Origin: Candidatus Bathyarchaeota archaeon
Lineage (GTDB): Archaea; Thermoproteota; Bathyarchaeia; 40CM-2-53-6; RBG-13-38-9
Assembly: GCA_963807605.1 (NCBI GenBank)
Contig: CAWECG010000004.1
Span: 576,001-640,000 of the forward strand
DNA: 64,000 nt
Direction: 5' to 3'
The notes under the pieces: model-generated
Seen by the model: the letters and a program-made list of their open reading frames with translations, nothing else
What the model was told of the DNA's origin: nothing
Databases searched by the model: none
Position numbers and translations under genes: made by a program
Part shown: positions 30,565 through 40,787 of the stretch, one piece after another
How positions within the stretch are numbered: position 1 is the first letter of the stretch
Layout of the letters: every line of letters starts with the position of its first letter

Positions 30565-31251
30565 CTAGTAGCCTAGATTCTCTCCGACCAGCAGGACTGT
30601 AGTCTCTGTCTTCATAGGCTTCTTTTCTATTATGGTAATGATGTGGCAATGTCGGTCTGGAGGTTGGCACTCATTCAAGTCGCAACATCCTTTTTCCGTG
30701 CATGGTGTTTTGCCGCCTAGTCTTTTCACATTCATGGGAGCTGAAACTTCTCTAACACGCTTAATCCCGTCTTCAACAGTCTTGACTATCTTGTTGATTC
30801 CTGCCACAACGATGACTCTTCTGGGGCCAAAAGCCATGGCGGCTACTCTATTTCCCAAGCCATCGATGTTGATCAGTTTTCCGTCCTCTGTTATTGCATT
30901 GCTGCTCGTTAAGAATACGTCAGCATCAAAATGTCTCTTCCTGATAGCTAGGTGTTCTTCCATCTTATACTTCTTAGCCCATATATCGTCAACCTGATCT
31001 CCACGGTTCCTCAAGGCATCGTCGAGACCGATTTGTCGTATCGTCATAGAACCAGCAATCCCAACTTTGGATCCCTTCGGTATTAGTTGTAGCAGCTCTT
31101 CAAGTGCTGCAGCCTTCGTAGGAACGTGGAAAGAGTCGAAGCCATTCTTCTTTAGAGCTTCTACCGTTCTCTTGGTTTTGTCCTCGATGAACCACTCTGT
31201 ACTTTGTTTCAGTTCAACTTCCCAAGTGTTCGCTTTTGACATCCTGACCAC
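30565..31251 (-). CDS. LUD-domain (lactate utilisation-like) protein
   Basis: SSNAITEDGKLINIDGLGNRVAA, GINKIV, PC...G.C..C..PDRHC. Confidence 0.88.
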   Translation of the reverse strand: MVRMSKANTWEVELKQSTEWFIEDKTKRTVEALKKNGFDSFHVPTKAAALEELLQLIPKGSKVGIAGSMTIRQIGLDDALRNRGDQVDDIWAKKYKMEEHLAIRKRHFDADVFLTSSNAITEDGKLINIDGLGNRVAAMAFGPRRVIVVAGINKIVKTVEDGIKRVREVSAPMNVKRLGGKTPCTEKGCCDLNECQPPDRHCHIITIIEKKPMKTETTVLLVGENLGY

Positions 31252-31332
31252 TTCAAGAGTTTGACTGAGTCCGCCGGTCCAGCCCCTTAAGTCTATCTAT
31301 CTTAAATGGCAAGAACAACAATTTGAAAGAGC

Positions 31333-31377
31333 TTGACACTCACCCAGCCGAAGCTCGGGCTTTCTTGCTATTTTTCT
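31333..31377 (-). mobile_element. 45-bp IS605 left-end/right-end fusion scar
   Basis: Minus strand: TTAC|AGAAAAATAGCAAGAAAG-CCCGAGCTTCGGCTGGG-TGAGTGTCAA. Confidence 0.8.
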
Positions 31378-31548
31378 GTAACAAAGGAGACTATATCTAC
31401 AAGATTGAAAGCCTGTGAACCAGACGCCCCTGACATAACTGATTTCCTCAAAAGTGTCCTCAGCCCACGGTTTAAGCTCTCAAACTGGCAAAGATCAGAC
31501 TTGGAACTGAAGTTTATGAGCGAGGAACAACTATGAAAGAATTAAGGG

Positions 31549-31980
31549 ATGACATCCAAAATGACCCAAGAGAAACCTAACACAAACTCCCTGTTTGTTC
31601 ACACGAGTATCCGAACCAGCAATATGGAGCGATCGATTGATTTCTACACTCGAATTATGGGGCTAAAACTTCTTAGTCGGCGTGAGATAGCCCAGAACAA
31701 TGCCGAGATAGTATTTCTTCAAGATCCTGAAGGGAAGGGAGCTAGACTCGAATTGACAATCTTCAGGAATCAAAAGCGATTCGTCCAAGCTGAATATGAA
31801 GACCGATTATTCGATCATCTTGCCTTTGAAGTGAAGAATATGGATCAGATTATCTCTTTGCTCAGAAAGGAAAAAATCACAATTACAGATGAACCTTTCA
31901 AACTGGGTCCTACTGGGCCTCTCATAGCGTTCGTTGAAGATCCGGATGGAATATTGATTGAACTAATTGAGAGAAAATGA
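31549..31980 (+). CDS. VOC/glyoxalase family protein
   Basis: HTSIR..MERSIDFY, LELT, HLAFEV, FVEDPDGILIELIE. Confidence 0.92.
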   Translation: MTSKMTQEKPNTNSLFVHTSIRTSNMERSIDFYTRIMGLKLLSRREIAQNNAEIVFLQDPEGKGARLELTIFRNQKRFVQAEYEDRLFDHLAFEVKNMDQIISLLRKEKITITDEPFKLGPTGPLIAFVEDPDGILIELIERK

Positions 31981-32099
31981 GAGAGTAAGCACCTATCTTC
32001 GCCCTGCGCATAGGTCATGGGGTTTCACTAATTTTTTAGCGAAGAGTTCATAGTAACGTGCGACTCTGACGGTTTCGCTGTGTTCACGTTAAAAGAGAG

Positions 32100-33242
32100 C
32101 TATTTCTTGCCCCTTCTGAAATACTCAACTGCCTTGATCAACATGGCGAAGGATTCTCGGGTCTTGCTGTAATCGCATAATGGTGTAAGATTCCAAAGGA
32201 TTATGTGCCGCAAGCCTCGGTGAGCATATTCTTCTATTCCATCAATTATCTCATCGACCGTTCCGTGCAGATATCTGTGCTCACATATCTCTTCAGGCAC
32301 CTTGTCTAAGGCCGATGTGATTTCAGCTTGATTCACCCTTGTCGGTACGTACTGCCTGTAGGCATTGAAATCTCCAAAAGGATGCTTGTACCCGAACTTT
32401 TCATAGGTCGTGGATGGGGTCAGGAGGGCGTATGCTTTAGCTGCAACTGAATTGAACATCCGGTGACAATCCTCATGCTCTTCAGATATTATTAATGAGG
32501 TAAGAAGGGCGGGCGTCACGCCTCCCGGATCTCTTCCAGCCTTCTTTGCTGCATCTCTAACCTTATTCAGCTTCTCAGAGTAATCTCCAGCTTCCAGATG
32601 TTCCGGGAGCCAGCCGTCGCCTAGTCGTCCTGTTATTTCCAGGGTCTTCTCGGAATGTGCGCCTACCCATATTGGCGGGAATCTGCCCTCCTTTTCCGGC
32701 GGGAGGGCCATTACGGCGTCTCTGAGCTTCCAGATGTTGCCGTCGTAGTTTACATTCTTGCCTGACCAAAGAAGTCTAATCACTTCGATGCTTTCCTTGA
32801 GTCTTCTTGCAGGCGATTCCCATGCCAATCCGTAAGGCACAATATTCTCTGCTTCCCCAGGCCCTATTCCCAGGATCGTTCGCCCCTTGGATATGTGGTC
32901 TAAGGTCAGGAAGGCTTGAGCTATCATTGCTGGGTGTCTTCTGAAAGAATCCGTGACTGCAGAACCGAGAATGACGCTGGAGGTATTTGCTGCAACGGAT
33001 GCCATTAATGTGAGAGTCTCAAGAAAGATGTGAGGGTTCTTCTGAAACTTTGCAAGCTCTATGAGCTCTGGCTTCCAGAGACTGTCTGGAATCCATCCCA
33101 TCAGATGGTCAGGCCACCAGATTGAATCATACACCTCTTCCATTTTCTTTACAGTCTTCACGACATTCTCAAATGGAGGAAAGATGGGCCCCTGTGTGCC
33201 GATGCGAAGTTCATAATCGGTCAAGTCAAGCCGCTTCTGCAA
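32100..33242 (-). CDS. LLM-class flavin/F420-dependent oxidoreductase
   Basis: WWPDH, TLDHISKGRTILGIGPGE, PPIWVGA, GDGWLP. Confidence 0.9.
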   Translation of the reverse strand: MQKRLDLTDYELRIGTQGPIFPPFENVVKTVKKMEEVYDSIWWPDHLMGWIPDSLWKPELIELAKFQKNPHIFLETLTLMASVAANTSSVILGSAVTDSFRRHPAMIAQAFLTLDHISKGRTILGIGPGEAENIVPYGLAWESPARRLKESIEVIRLLWSGKNVNYDGNIWKLRDAVMALPPEKEGRFPPIWVGAHSEKTLEITGRLGDGWLPEHLEAGDYSEKLNKVRDAAKKAGRDPGGVTPALLTSLIISEEHEDCHRMFNSVAAKAYALLTPSTTYEKFGYKHPFGDFNAYRQYVPTRVNQAEITSALDKVPEEICEHRYLHGTVDEIIDGIEEYAHRGLRHIILWNLTPLCDYSKTRESFAMLIKAVEYFRRGKK

Positions 33243-33594
33243 ACAGGAAGCTCAGTCCAAGTATTTAACCACAAGATAGCTACTGGAACGTAAGAGATCT
33301 TGTCGGTTCAACGAATCAAGAACCCGAGCACGTTAGAATGATCAACTGCCTAGGATTGCTTTGAGATCCTCATCCGGCGTCGTTATTGACATAGGATTGA
33401 AGTTTTTCACCTAGTCACCTCGATTGTGACCTGGTAGGGCTAATTCCACGAGTTTTTCATGATGATCCCTTATGCTTTAGGGAAAGACTAAATTCTCTCT
33501 CTCACCACTGGTAACTTTGGATGTTCAAGTGCGCGTACGTGAAAGCGAAACTAATCACAAACCCTTATGTGACAAGCGTCATATTGCTGGAAAA

Positions 33595-35655
33595 ATGATG
33601 AGGCGTTTGGCAACTGCAACCAAAGCAACCCACTTAAACCGCAAGGCAGCCTTCCTCCTAACAGGATTAACTCTGCTGCTTCTCTTGCCAGCTAGCGCGC
33701 GGGCTACGACAGTGGCTCAAAGCTCGACTTACTACGGAACTTCGACCCCAAACCCCCTCCAGCGGAATCTTGATGCGTATGGGAAAGGGCCGTTTTGTGC
33801 AGGCTGTCACTACATGCTATACCCTCTCCCTCCCGAGACGCTTAGGTTCACTGCCCCCCCATCAACGTACCCTGTTGGCCCCACACAGGCAGAACCTGGG
33901 ATCAAACGTCTTACTGACAGCCCAGGAAGGAACGTCGGAGCCGTCTACAGTCCTAAAGAGAACAGAATTGTCTGGGATACGGACAGCCTCGGGAACTGGA
34001 CCATCTGGATAATGAATGATGATGGAAGCAACAAGAAACAACTAACCTCTAACAGTGTGATTAGCGGTTGGCCTTCATGGAGTCCAGACGGCCAAGAACT
34101 AACGTACTGGTCCTACGATCCAGCATTAAAGACCTGTGACATATGGAAGATGAAGAATGACGGAACCTTCAAAGTAAGACTAACAACTGATGGAACCTTC
34201 AAGGGATCTCCAATGTGGAGTCCAAGAGGTGACCGAATAGGCTACACAGCAAACAAGACAGGAAACATGGAAGCATATATCATCAACACCGATGGAACTG
34301 GAGAAAGACAGATCACCCACGGCCACCCATCCACACGTTCCGTAGAGACCCGCGTCACGTGGCACCCAGACGGGCGAAGACTATACTATCAGGTGTTAAC
34401 CTTCCCTCTACCTCCGAATACTGTTCCGACTATAACTGGAGACGTAGCGTTCGTTGAGATATTCGTAGTGAATGTGGACACAGGCTACGAGGCCAATTTG
34501 ACTCCCAAACTACATGAGAATGTTCGAAGCGTCAGTTCTGATGGCAAGATGATGGCGTGCATCTCCCTACGTTCACCCAACTACGGTCTCTGGGTTATGA
34601 ATGATGACGGAACAAACCAGAGACGACTAACGTGGAATAGTACAGGTGACAGAGATCCACACTTCAGCCCAGACGGGAAAAGGATTGCCTACTGGTCCAT
34701 AACGTCTGGGAATCCCGATATATGGATGATTAATGCTGACGGAAGCAATAACACCAGGTTGACGAACAGTCCTTACATGGACTATTACCCAACTTGGAGT
34801 CCTGATGGAAAGAGAATAGCCTTCGAATCAGATAGAGCCGGCAGTTTCGACATCTGGGTTGTCTCCTTGGACCAACCCCTTATTGCAGATGCGGAATTTG
34901 AAACTTGCGCGGTCCAGGGCGGCACAGGAAAAGTTCTACTGAAAATGAGACTCAAGGATTCTAATACTCCGGTTCAACTTGAGAAAGTCGGATTACACTT
35001 CGATTGGGATCCTGATGGCAAATACAATGAGATTTCAACTTCACTTCCGAAGATTCTTTCTAAAGTAGGCGATGTTTATCAGGCCACCCTAAATTTTACA
35101 GTTCCTCAAAATGCTGATTTGGGATACCATTTCTACGACGTCAAGGTTCAATACTCAAACGTGAAAGGTGGAGCCGCTGGCGCAGGCGGGGTGTATGAAG
35201 ACTCAGCCGGAGATTTGAAGGTGGGGACCCCAGAACACGCACAATGTGACAGACTTTACGTGGAGCTTGGTGGAAAGCTGGAACAGCTCCATGGGCAAGC
35301 GATAAACCGCTCATTCGCGCTCGGCAGCGCTACCTCAGAAGTTACTTTGCCTCTGAAAGGGTACTTCGATTACCTCCGGAAAAAAGACGCAGAATCTTTC
35401 CTCAACGCAAACGATGAATTCAATGAAGGAAGATATCTGTATCTTGCTGGAGACTATGGTTCAGCTCTATCGCACTTCCAAAGAGTGAAGACTCTTGTCA
35501 GTCAGATATCATTAGAAACGATAGGCCAGAGTCCATCCAATTTGTCGGTTTTGGCGGCATTAATACCAGTCGCTTTAATCGTAACCCTCCTCGCCTTTCA
35601 CATTACGAGAACTAGAAGGAACCAACAGGAGAAGCTCGGAACCTCTAAACGATGA
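33595..35655 (+). CDS. Secreted, C-terminally anchored TolB-like (PD40) beta-propeller protein with a CxxCH motif
   Basis: Signal-peptide-like N-terminus, CAGCH (33796-33810), repeated WSPDG / IWIMNxDG units, C-terminal TM helix plus basic tail. Confidence 0.85.
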   Translation: MMRRLATATKATHLNRKAAFLLTGLTLLLLLPASARATTVAQSSTYYGTSTPNPLQRNLDAYGKGPFCAGCHYMLYPLPPETLRFTAPPSTYPVGPTQAEPGIKRLTDSPGRNVGAVYSPKENRIVWDTDSLGNWTIWIMNDDGSNKKQLTSNSVISGWPSWSPDGQELTYWSYDPALKTCDIWKMKNDGTFKVRLTTDGTFKGSPMWSPRGDRIGYTANKTGNMEAYIINTDGTGERQITHGHPSTRSVETRVTWHPDGRRLYYQVLTFPLPPNTVPTITGDVAFVEIFVVNVDTGYEANLTPKLHENVRSVSSDGKMMACISLRSPNYGLWVMNDDGTNQRRLTWNSTGDRDPHFSPDGKRIAYWSITSGNPDIWMINADGSNNTRLTNSPYMDYYPTWSPDGKRIAFESDRAGSFDIWVVSLDQPLIADAEFETCAVQGGTGKVLLKMRLKDSNTPVQLEKVGLHFDWDPDGKYNEISTSLPKILSKVGDVYQATLNFTVPQNADLGYHFYDVKVQYSNVKGGAAGAGGVYEDSAGDLKVGTPEHAQCDRLYVELGGKLEQLHGQAINRSFALGSATSEVTLPLKGYFDYLRKKDAESFLNANDEFNEGRYLYLAGDYGSALSHFQRVKTLVSQISLETIGQSPSNLSVLAALIPVALIVTLLAFHITRTRRNQQEKLGTSKR

Positions 35656-35769
35656 TTCCTAGCTGACTTGCACAGCCGGACATACTAATCAGAGTTTCAG
35701 CCGTTCTACCGCAAACTGGTGCGATAGGATATTTCTCTATTTTACGCGCTCGCAAGTCAAACCGCCTCC

Positions 35770-35817
35770 GTGAACTTACCCACCCCTCAAGGGTGTAGGA
35801 TTTCCCGCTCACCTTTT
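35770..35817 (-). mobile_element. 48-bp left-end/right-end fusion scar of family F3
   Basis: Minus strand: TTAA|AAAAGGTGAGCGGGAAAT-CCTACACCCTTGAGGGGTGGG-TAAGTTCAC, matching the F3 LE start and RE finish. Confidence 0.85.
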
Positions 35818-35868
35818 TTAACACCTAAGATGGATTTCTGACAAGAAAAAGAAAAGGGGGTGACTGCT

Positions 35869-36138
35869 CTACCAGTAGCCAAGCATAGGTGGTCTGAAGT
35901 ATGCTGGCCATGAGTACGCATAGAACCGCGGGTAGGCATAATAGGGTTGGAAATACTGAGGCATGAAGAATGGATAGCGCCCATTACTGTAAGCCGCCGC
36001 ACCTAAGAGTCCACCTACAGCACCACCAGCTATGCCTCCTATCACTAGTCCTGCCGGTCCCCCTAGAATCAGGCCACCGAGGCCTCCCAGAAAAGCACCT
36101 CCGAGTGCCCCACCAACTACGTACGACATATAATTCAC
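35869..36138 (-). CDS. Small glycine-zipper protein with Tyr/Pro/Phe-rich tail
   Basis: Repeated GxxxG motifs; GGTGA RBS upstream; T-rich tract downstream on the coding strand. Confidence 0.7.
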   Translation of the reverse strand: MNYMSYVVGGALGGAFLGGLGGLILGGPAGLVIGGIAGGAVGGLLGAAAYSNGRYPFFMPQYFQPYYAYPRFYAYSWPAYFRPPMLGYW

Positions 36139-36354
36139 CTTAACAGAATTATGTTAGCGCTACAGTAAAAGATATCGCCTTCAAGACATTGGAGCCCCAG
36201 ATCATGTCCAGAGTATTGGAACACTGCACGAAGGTCTCGCGACATGTGGCAGTTTACGGGGGAATAATAAGCTAGACTGGGAATAGATCATAAAAAACCG
36301 TGGCAAGCCCCTGAAAACTTGCCCGATATTGAAGAGTCGAGGCATCAGATCCAC

Positions 36355-36792
36355 ATGGAGGTCAACATTCGTCAACCGAAAACAGCTGAGGACTTTAAGA
36401 ATTACTACGATTTACGATGGAGGATTCTCAGAAAACCTTGGAACCAGCCCAAGGGAAGCCAGAGAGATGAGCATGAGGAAAGGGCAATCCACATTATGGC
36501 ATGCATGGGCGAGGAGACAGTTGGGGTGGGAAGGGTTCATTTCAACTCTCTTGAGGAAGCCCAATTGAGGTACATGGCGGTTGAGACGAGTTATCAGGGC
36601 AAGGGCATCGGGAGCTTGATGCTTAGAGAGCTCGAAAAGAGAGCAAGGAAACAAGGAGCAAAATACATGGTGGTGAATGGGAGGGAGAACGCGGTGAGAT
36701 TCTACAAGAAGAATGGTTATACGTTAGTGGGTGATGCTCCGACCCTCTTTGGATGCATCAAACAGTCGAGGTTACGGAAGGATTTTGAATGA
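36355..36792 (+). CDS. GNAT acetyltransferase
   Basis: LRWRILRKPW, AQLRYMAV..YQGKGIG, AVRFYKKNGY. Confidence 0.9.
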   Translation: MEVNIRQPKTAEDFKNYYDLRWRILRKPWNQPKGSQRDEHEERAIHIMACMGEETVGVGRVHFNSLEEAQLRYMAVETSYQGKGIGSLMLRELEKRARKQGAKYMVVNGRENAVRFYKKNGYTLVGDAPTLFGCIKQSRLRKDFE

Positions 36793-37007
36793 ACACGAGA
36801 CAACTCACACGCACGTGTCCGTGAATTTTGGAAGGATCGAGTTGAGATTGTGGGTGATAGTGTGGGCATTCCTTGGTCAGACGTTGTTGGCTAGGATTCT
36901 CTCGTTGGAACCCAAATTATTTAGCTTTGAATGATCCAAGTATATCTAGAGCGCACACGCATAGTTACAATGAACATTTTGGTTAAAGATTGAAGAGTGT
37001 TTGACTG

Positions 37008-37430
37008 ATGGCAGACATTTACCCCTGCATTAACTGCAGAAATCCTTTGACATTGGATGCCGACTTCTGCGATCAATGTGGTCATCCTTCTTCAGGAAGT
37101 CTTTGGGCGGCATTACGGAGACTTGAAGATCAGCTAAGAGATTTGGAAAAACAGCTAAAGTCAAAGAAGATGAAGGCCCCAGCCGTTCGCCCAAAGAAGA
37201 TCCCGATGGATAAATTCGATGAACTTTACAAGAAGGGATTGAATGATAGGGAGATAGCCAGAGAACTCGACGTAGCCTTTTCAAGAATATACAGAATGCG
37301 AAAGAAGTTGAATCTACAGGCTAACGCTCCGCGGGGTTTCCCGAAATACGTCTATGAGAGGAGAAAGAAACAACCCGGAGAGAAAGCAGATTCAAAAACC
37401 ATCGCAGAAGGTCAAACAAAACAGACCTAG
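37008..37430 (+). CDS. Zinc-ribbon / coiled-coil / HTH protein
   Basis: CINC..CDQC; heptad region; GLNDREIARELDV..RIYRMRKKL. Confidence 0.75.
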   Translation: MADIYPCINCRNPLTLDADFCDQCGHPSSGSLWAALRRLEDQLRDLEKQLKSKKMKAPAVRPKKIPMDKFDELYKKGLNDREIARELDVAFSRIYRMRKKLNLQANAPRGFPKYVYERRKKQPGEKADSKTIAEGQTKQT

Positions 37431-37710
37431 AAAATCGTCATATCTTAACTGATGGTTCGCGCCCAGAACACATTTGACTCTGCATCGCAAACGTAGTCCT
37501 GATGAAGACCCTCAATCGCGACCCAGACTAGTAGCCTCATCGATCATGGTCGGATACTAGAGTCTGTCTTTCAAGTTCTTCAATTTGCTAATTCAGAACT
37601 GCTGGGAAGCCATTGCCTTTCTACGCGGACGCAGTATAGGGAATCCTCACAAGCTGATCTTATCTCATCTGATATATTGGCAGACGGTAGGCCGACTGTT
37701 GATATCGAGT

Positions 37711-38826
37711 CTAACTTCTTTTAGATGCGGCTGAGACTACAGCCCGAGCGACATCTTCAGGCGTCATCCCCGGAGACTCTACTTCATTGTCCATGTAGAA
37801 ACGGCAGATTCGATCAGCTAAGCTTTGCTTCACGACTTCTGCATCTCTTAGTGCGCTCTCCAGTAGCTTGAGGCGCTCTCGTGGAACGAAGGAGAAATCT
37901 CCCGTTATCATGATATCCACTATCCTATCGTCAAAGGTCTCGACCAGAACGCGCAGGAGTCCGCCTGTCGTTTTGTAGACGGACTCTCCCACGAAGGCTC
38001 TGCCTGATATCTTGAGGTTTCTCTTACTGATCAGGTCTCTGTGTTCATTCCCTATGGAGTGGAGCCAGTCCAAACTCATATACTTCTTCTCAAGCGATTC
38101 GATAATCTCCGATTCGGCCTGTGAGAGTTCACCTTCTACTAGCGCAGAGTTCAAGCTGGCCTCATAGTTTCGCCTTAACAGTTCTCTGACGTGCTCTCGG
38201 CTCGGCGGATCTGGAAGCTCGTTTTCTATCGTAGTCAGTCTCTCTCTGAGGGTCTTCGCGACCTTGTCTCTGAACTTTTCGTTGGGCACCTTCAATATCC
38301 GAGTCATTTCTTCGAAATTGAAGTCGAAAATGATATTCCCTGTAAGGATCGCAACTGAGCCGATCTCGGTGGCACCACTTCCGCTTAGCTTCCTTCCTTC
38401 AACTTCTATATCGTTGATGGACCTGTATTGTGCTGGGATATCGATGTCGTTGTAGGTCTTTGTCGGAGCGACTAGAAACTTCTTGAAGAGCTCCTGAATA
38501 GAGCCAGGGACTTCAGGGTCAGACTTCTTGGCTATGACTTGGTAGAAGAGTTGATCTCCGTCTAGGTAGACTGCCCCGCCCCCGAGAATCCGCCTCACTA
38601 CAGGCAAACCCTTCAGGCTACAATACTCAGTATCAACCTCCACCTCTATTTCCTGGCGGTAACCCACACAGACGAGTGGGTTGTTGGGGCTGCAGAGTAT
38701 GATGGTGCTTGGTGACATATTCTTGTCCACCGCCAGTGCTACGGCGTGGTAGACGACTTGAGTCGTAAGAGGAGGCAGATCGGCAAGGTCAAGAAGACGC
38801 CACGCAGAACCCAAGGCGGATATCAA
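37711..38826 (-). CDS. lplA: Lipoate-protein ligase A
   Basis: VVRRILGGGAVYLD, NDIEVEGRKLSGSG, C-terminal GG..ITGDF domain. Confidence 0.9.
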   Translation of the reverse strand: MISALGSAWRLLDLADLPPLTTQVVYHAVALAVDKNMSPSTIILCSPNNPLVCVGYRQEIEVEVDTEYCSLKGLPVVRRILGGGAVYLDGDQLFYQVIAKKSDPEVPGSIQELFKKFLVAPTKTYNDIDIPAQYRSINDIEVEGRKLSGSGATEIGSVAILTGNIIFDFNFEEMTRILKVPNEKFRDKVAKTLRERLTTIENELPDPPSREHVRELLRRNYEASLNSALVEGELSQAESEIIESLEKKYMSLDWLHSIGNEHRDLISKRNLKISGRAFVGESVYKTTGGLLRVLVETFDDRIVDIMITGDFSFVPRERLKLLESALRDAEVVKQSLADRICRFYMDNEVESPGMTPEDVARAVVSAASKRS

Positions 38827-38893
38827 CTCTTACACGAAAGAGTATTCCAGGTTGTAAAACAGTTTAACTCAGATATACAGCAACGTCCGAATT

Positions 38894-39640
38894 TTACTTC
38901 ATTCGCTCGAAGGACCTTGTTCCGATCGTGAACATCACTGCCGCGAACCCTGCAAGAATGGCAAGGTCTAGTGAGAGAGGAAACTGTGAAATCCCTATAG
39001 TTACTGTCCTGAGACTGTCAACACCGTACGTTACGGGATCGATGTATGTTATAGTTGAGAGCCAGAGAGGAAGACCTTTCAGGGGAAAGAGTGCGCCGCT
39101 GAAGAAGAAAAGCGGAAAGACGAGGAAACTCACAATCATGTTGAACCCTTCCGGGCTTTCCATAAGTGAACCTATTATCAGACCGGCACTTACCAGACTA
39201 AGAGACAGTAGGAAGAGTATGAGAATGGCCAGCAGGAAGATTGAGGGTGTCAAGTAGACCCCGAGTGTGAAGCTTATCATAAGCATTATGAAGGCTTGGA
39301 TCATCGAGTCTGTACATCCACCAAGGACTTTCCCGACAAAAATCGTGGTCCTCGAGAGCGGGGCCACAAGAACCGCCTTGAGTATATCGATCTTCCTGTC
39401 CCAGATGATATAGACCCCGTAGAAGACTGAGCTGAACAGAACGCTCATAGCCAGGATCCCCGGGTAGATGAAGACTTGATAGTTGACAGCTCCTATATTC
39501 ACCGCTGAACCGAGCCCTCCACCGAAAACAAAGATCCAGAGTATGGGATTCACAATGGAGGTTACGACACGCGACTTCTCACGCGTGAAGACCTTGAACT
39601 CTCTAAACCAGAGAGCGTAGATCGCCTCGGCTTGACTCAT
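38894..39640 (-). CDS. ABC-2 type exporter permease
   Basis: Six TM segments, FFFSGALFP, DPVTYGVDSLR. Confidence 0.9.
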   Translation of the reverse strand: MSQAEAIYALWFREFKVFTREKSRVVTSIVNPILWIFVFGGGLGSAVNIGAVNYQVFIYPGILAMSVLFSSVFYGVYIIWDRKIDILKAVLVAPLSRTTIFVGKVLGGCTDSMIQAFIMLMISFTLGVYLTPSIFLLAILILFLLSLSLVSAGLIIGSLMESPEGFNMIVSFLVFPLFFFSGALFPLKGLPLWLSTITYIDPVTYGVDSLRTVTIGISQFPLSLDLAILAGFAAVMFTIGTRSFERMK

Positions 39641-40608
39641 CTCGTGGTTCTCCTTCGTATGATTCTTTGGGCGATTCCACCCTCACCCGTCTCCTCCCTA
39701 ATCTCCTTGCCCGTGTACCTGATAAAAACGTCCTCCAAGCTTGCAGGTCTGACCTCGACACTCTCGACTTTTCCAGCCGTATTAAGTATCTCTTGGAGAT
39801 GTTCGTTCGAATTTCTAACCGTCAGGATGATGTAGTTGTCTTCCACCTCGATCTTACTGACGCTCTGCATCTTCCTGAACCGATCAGTATCTGAAATTGA
39901 TGTTTTCAAGCAAACGATGTCTCCTCCAACCGTCTCCTTAAGGTTTTGAGGGGTGTCCATGACGATTATCTTCCCCTGATCGATTATTGCGATTCTGTCG
40001 CAGAGTCTGTCAGCCTCTTCCATATAATGTGTCGAGAGGATTATGGTCATCTCGAGTTTCTTGGACAGGTTCTCTATGTATTCCCAGATATGTTCGCGAG
40101 TCTGAGGGTCTAGTCCTAGGGTAGGTTCATCCAAGAATAACACCTTGGGAAGGTGGAGGAGACCTCGAGCTATCTCGAGCCTTCTCCTCATCCCCCCAGA
40201 GTAGGTCTTGACAAGGCTATGTTGTCGGTCTTTGAGGGCTACCAGCTCAAGGACGTCGTCTATCCTCTCATCTCGTATCTTCTTGGGAATGCGATACCAC
40301 ATTGCATGGAACTGCAGATTCTCTCTTCCAGTAAGTATATCGTCGACGCTAGGTTCTTGAAATACTATGCCGATGGACTTCCGGACATCGCCAGGTTTCC
40401 TCAGTATGTCGTAGCCATTGACCGTGGCAGTACCCTCGGTCGGCCGCAGAATTGTGCAGAGCATTGAAATGCTCGTCGTCTTGCCGGCACCGTTGGGCCC
40501 GAGTATGCCAAAGATCTCTCCCTGTTTGATCTTGATGTTAAGCCGATCCACGGCTGTGAGATCCTTAAACCTCTTAGTAAGGTCGAAGGTCTCTATAGCA
40601 TTCTCCAA
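39637..40608 (-). CDS. ABC exporter ATP-binding subunit (DrrA-like)
   Basis: GPNGAGKT, YSGGMRRR, LFLDEPT, STHYMEEA. Confidence 0.93.
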   Translation of the reverse strand: MENAIETFDLTKRFKDLTAVDRLNIKIKQGEIFGILGPNGAGKTTSISMLCTILRPTEGTATVNGYDILRKPGDVRKSIGIVFQEPSVDDILTGRENLQFHAMWYRIPKKIRDERIDDVLELVALKDRQHSLVKTYSGGMRRRLEIARGLLHLPKVLFLDEPTLGLDPQTREHIWEYIENLSKKLEMTIILSTHYMEEADRLCDRIAIIDQGKIIVMDTPQNLKETVGGDIVCLKTSISDTDRFRKMQSVSKIEVEDNYIILTVRNSNEHLQEILNTAGKVESVEVRPASLEDVFIRYTGKEIREETGEGGIAQRIIRRRTTR

Positions 40609-40787
40609 TGTCCGGTGAACTCCTAGGTGGAGATAAGTCTAGAGTGGCGACCTATTTGTCTTGCTCCAGATCCGAATACATCTTGATTTTTTTCTTGCTA
40701 TTCGGGAGTTACCGCACGTATTCTTGGAGTAGATATGGGAAGCGCAACCTGATGTCACGTCTCAAAGGTTCATTAGCCACTCCGTTT

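Noticed and set aside
33900-34860. DNA repeat array
   Set aside because: The periodicity comes from protein-level PD40 repeats within one ORF.
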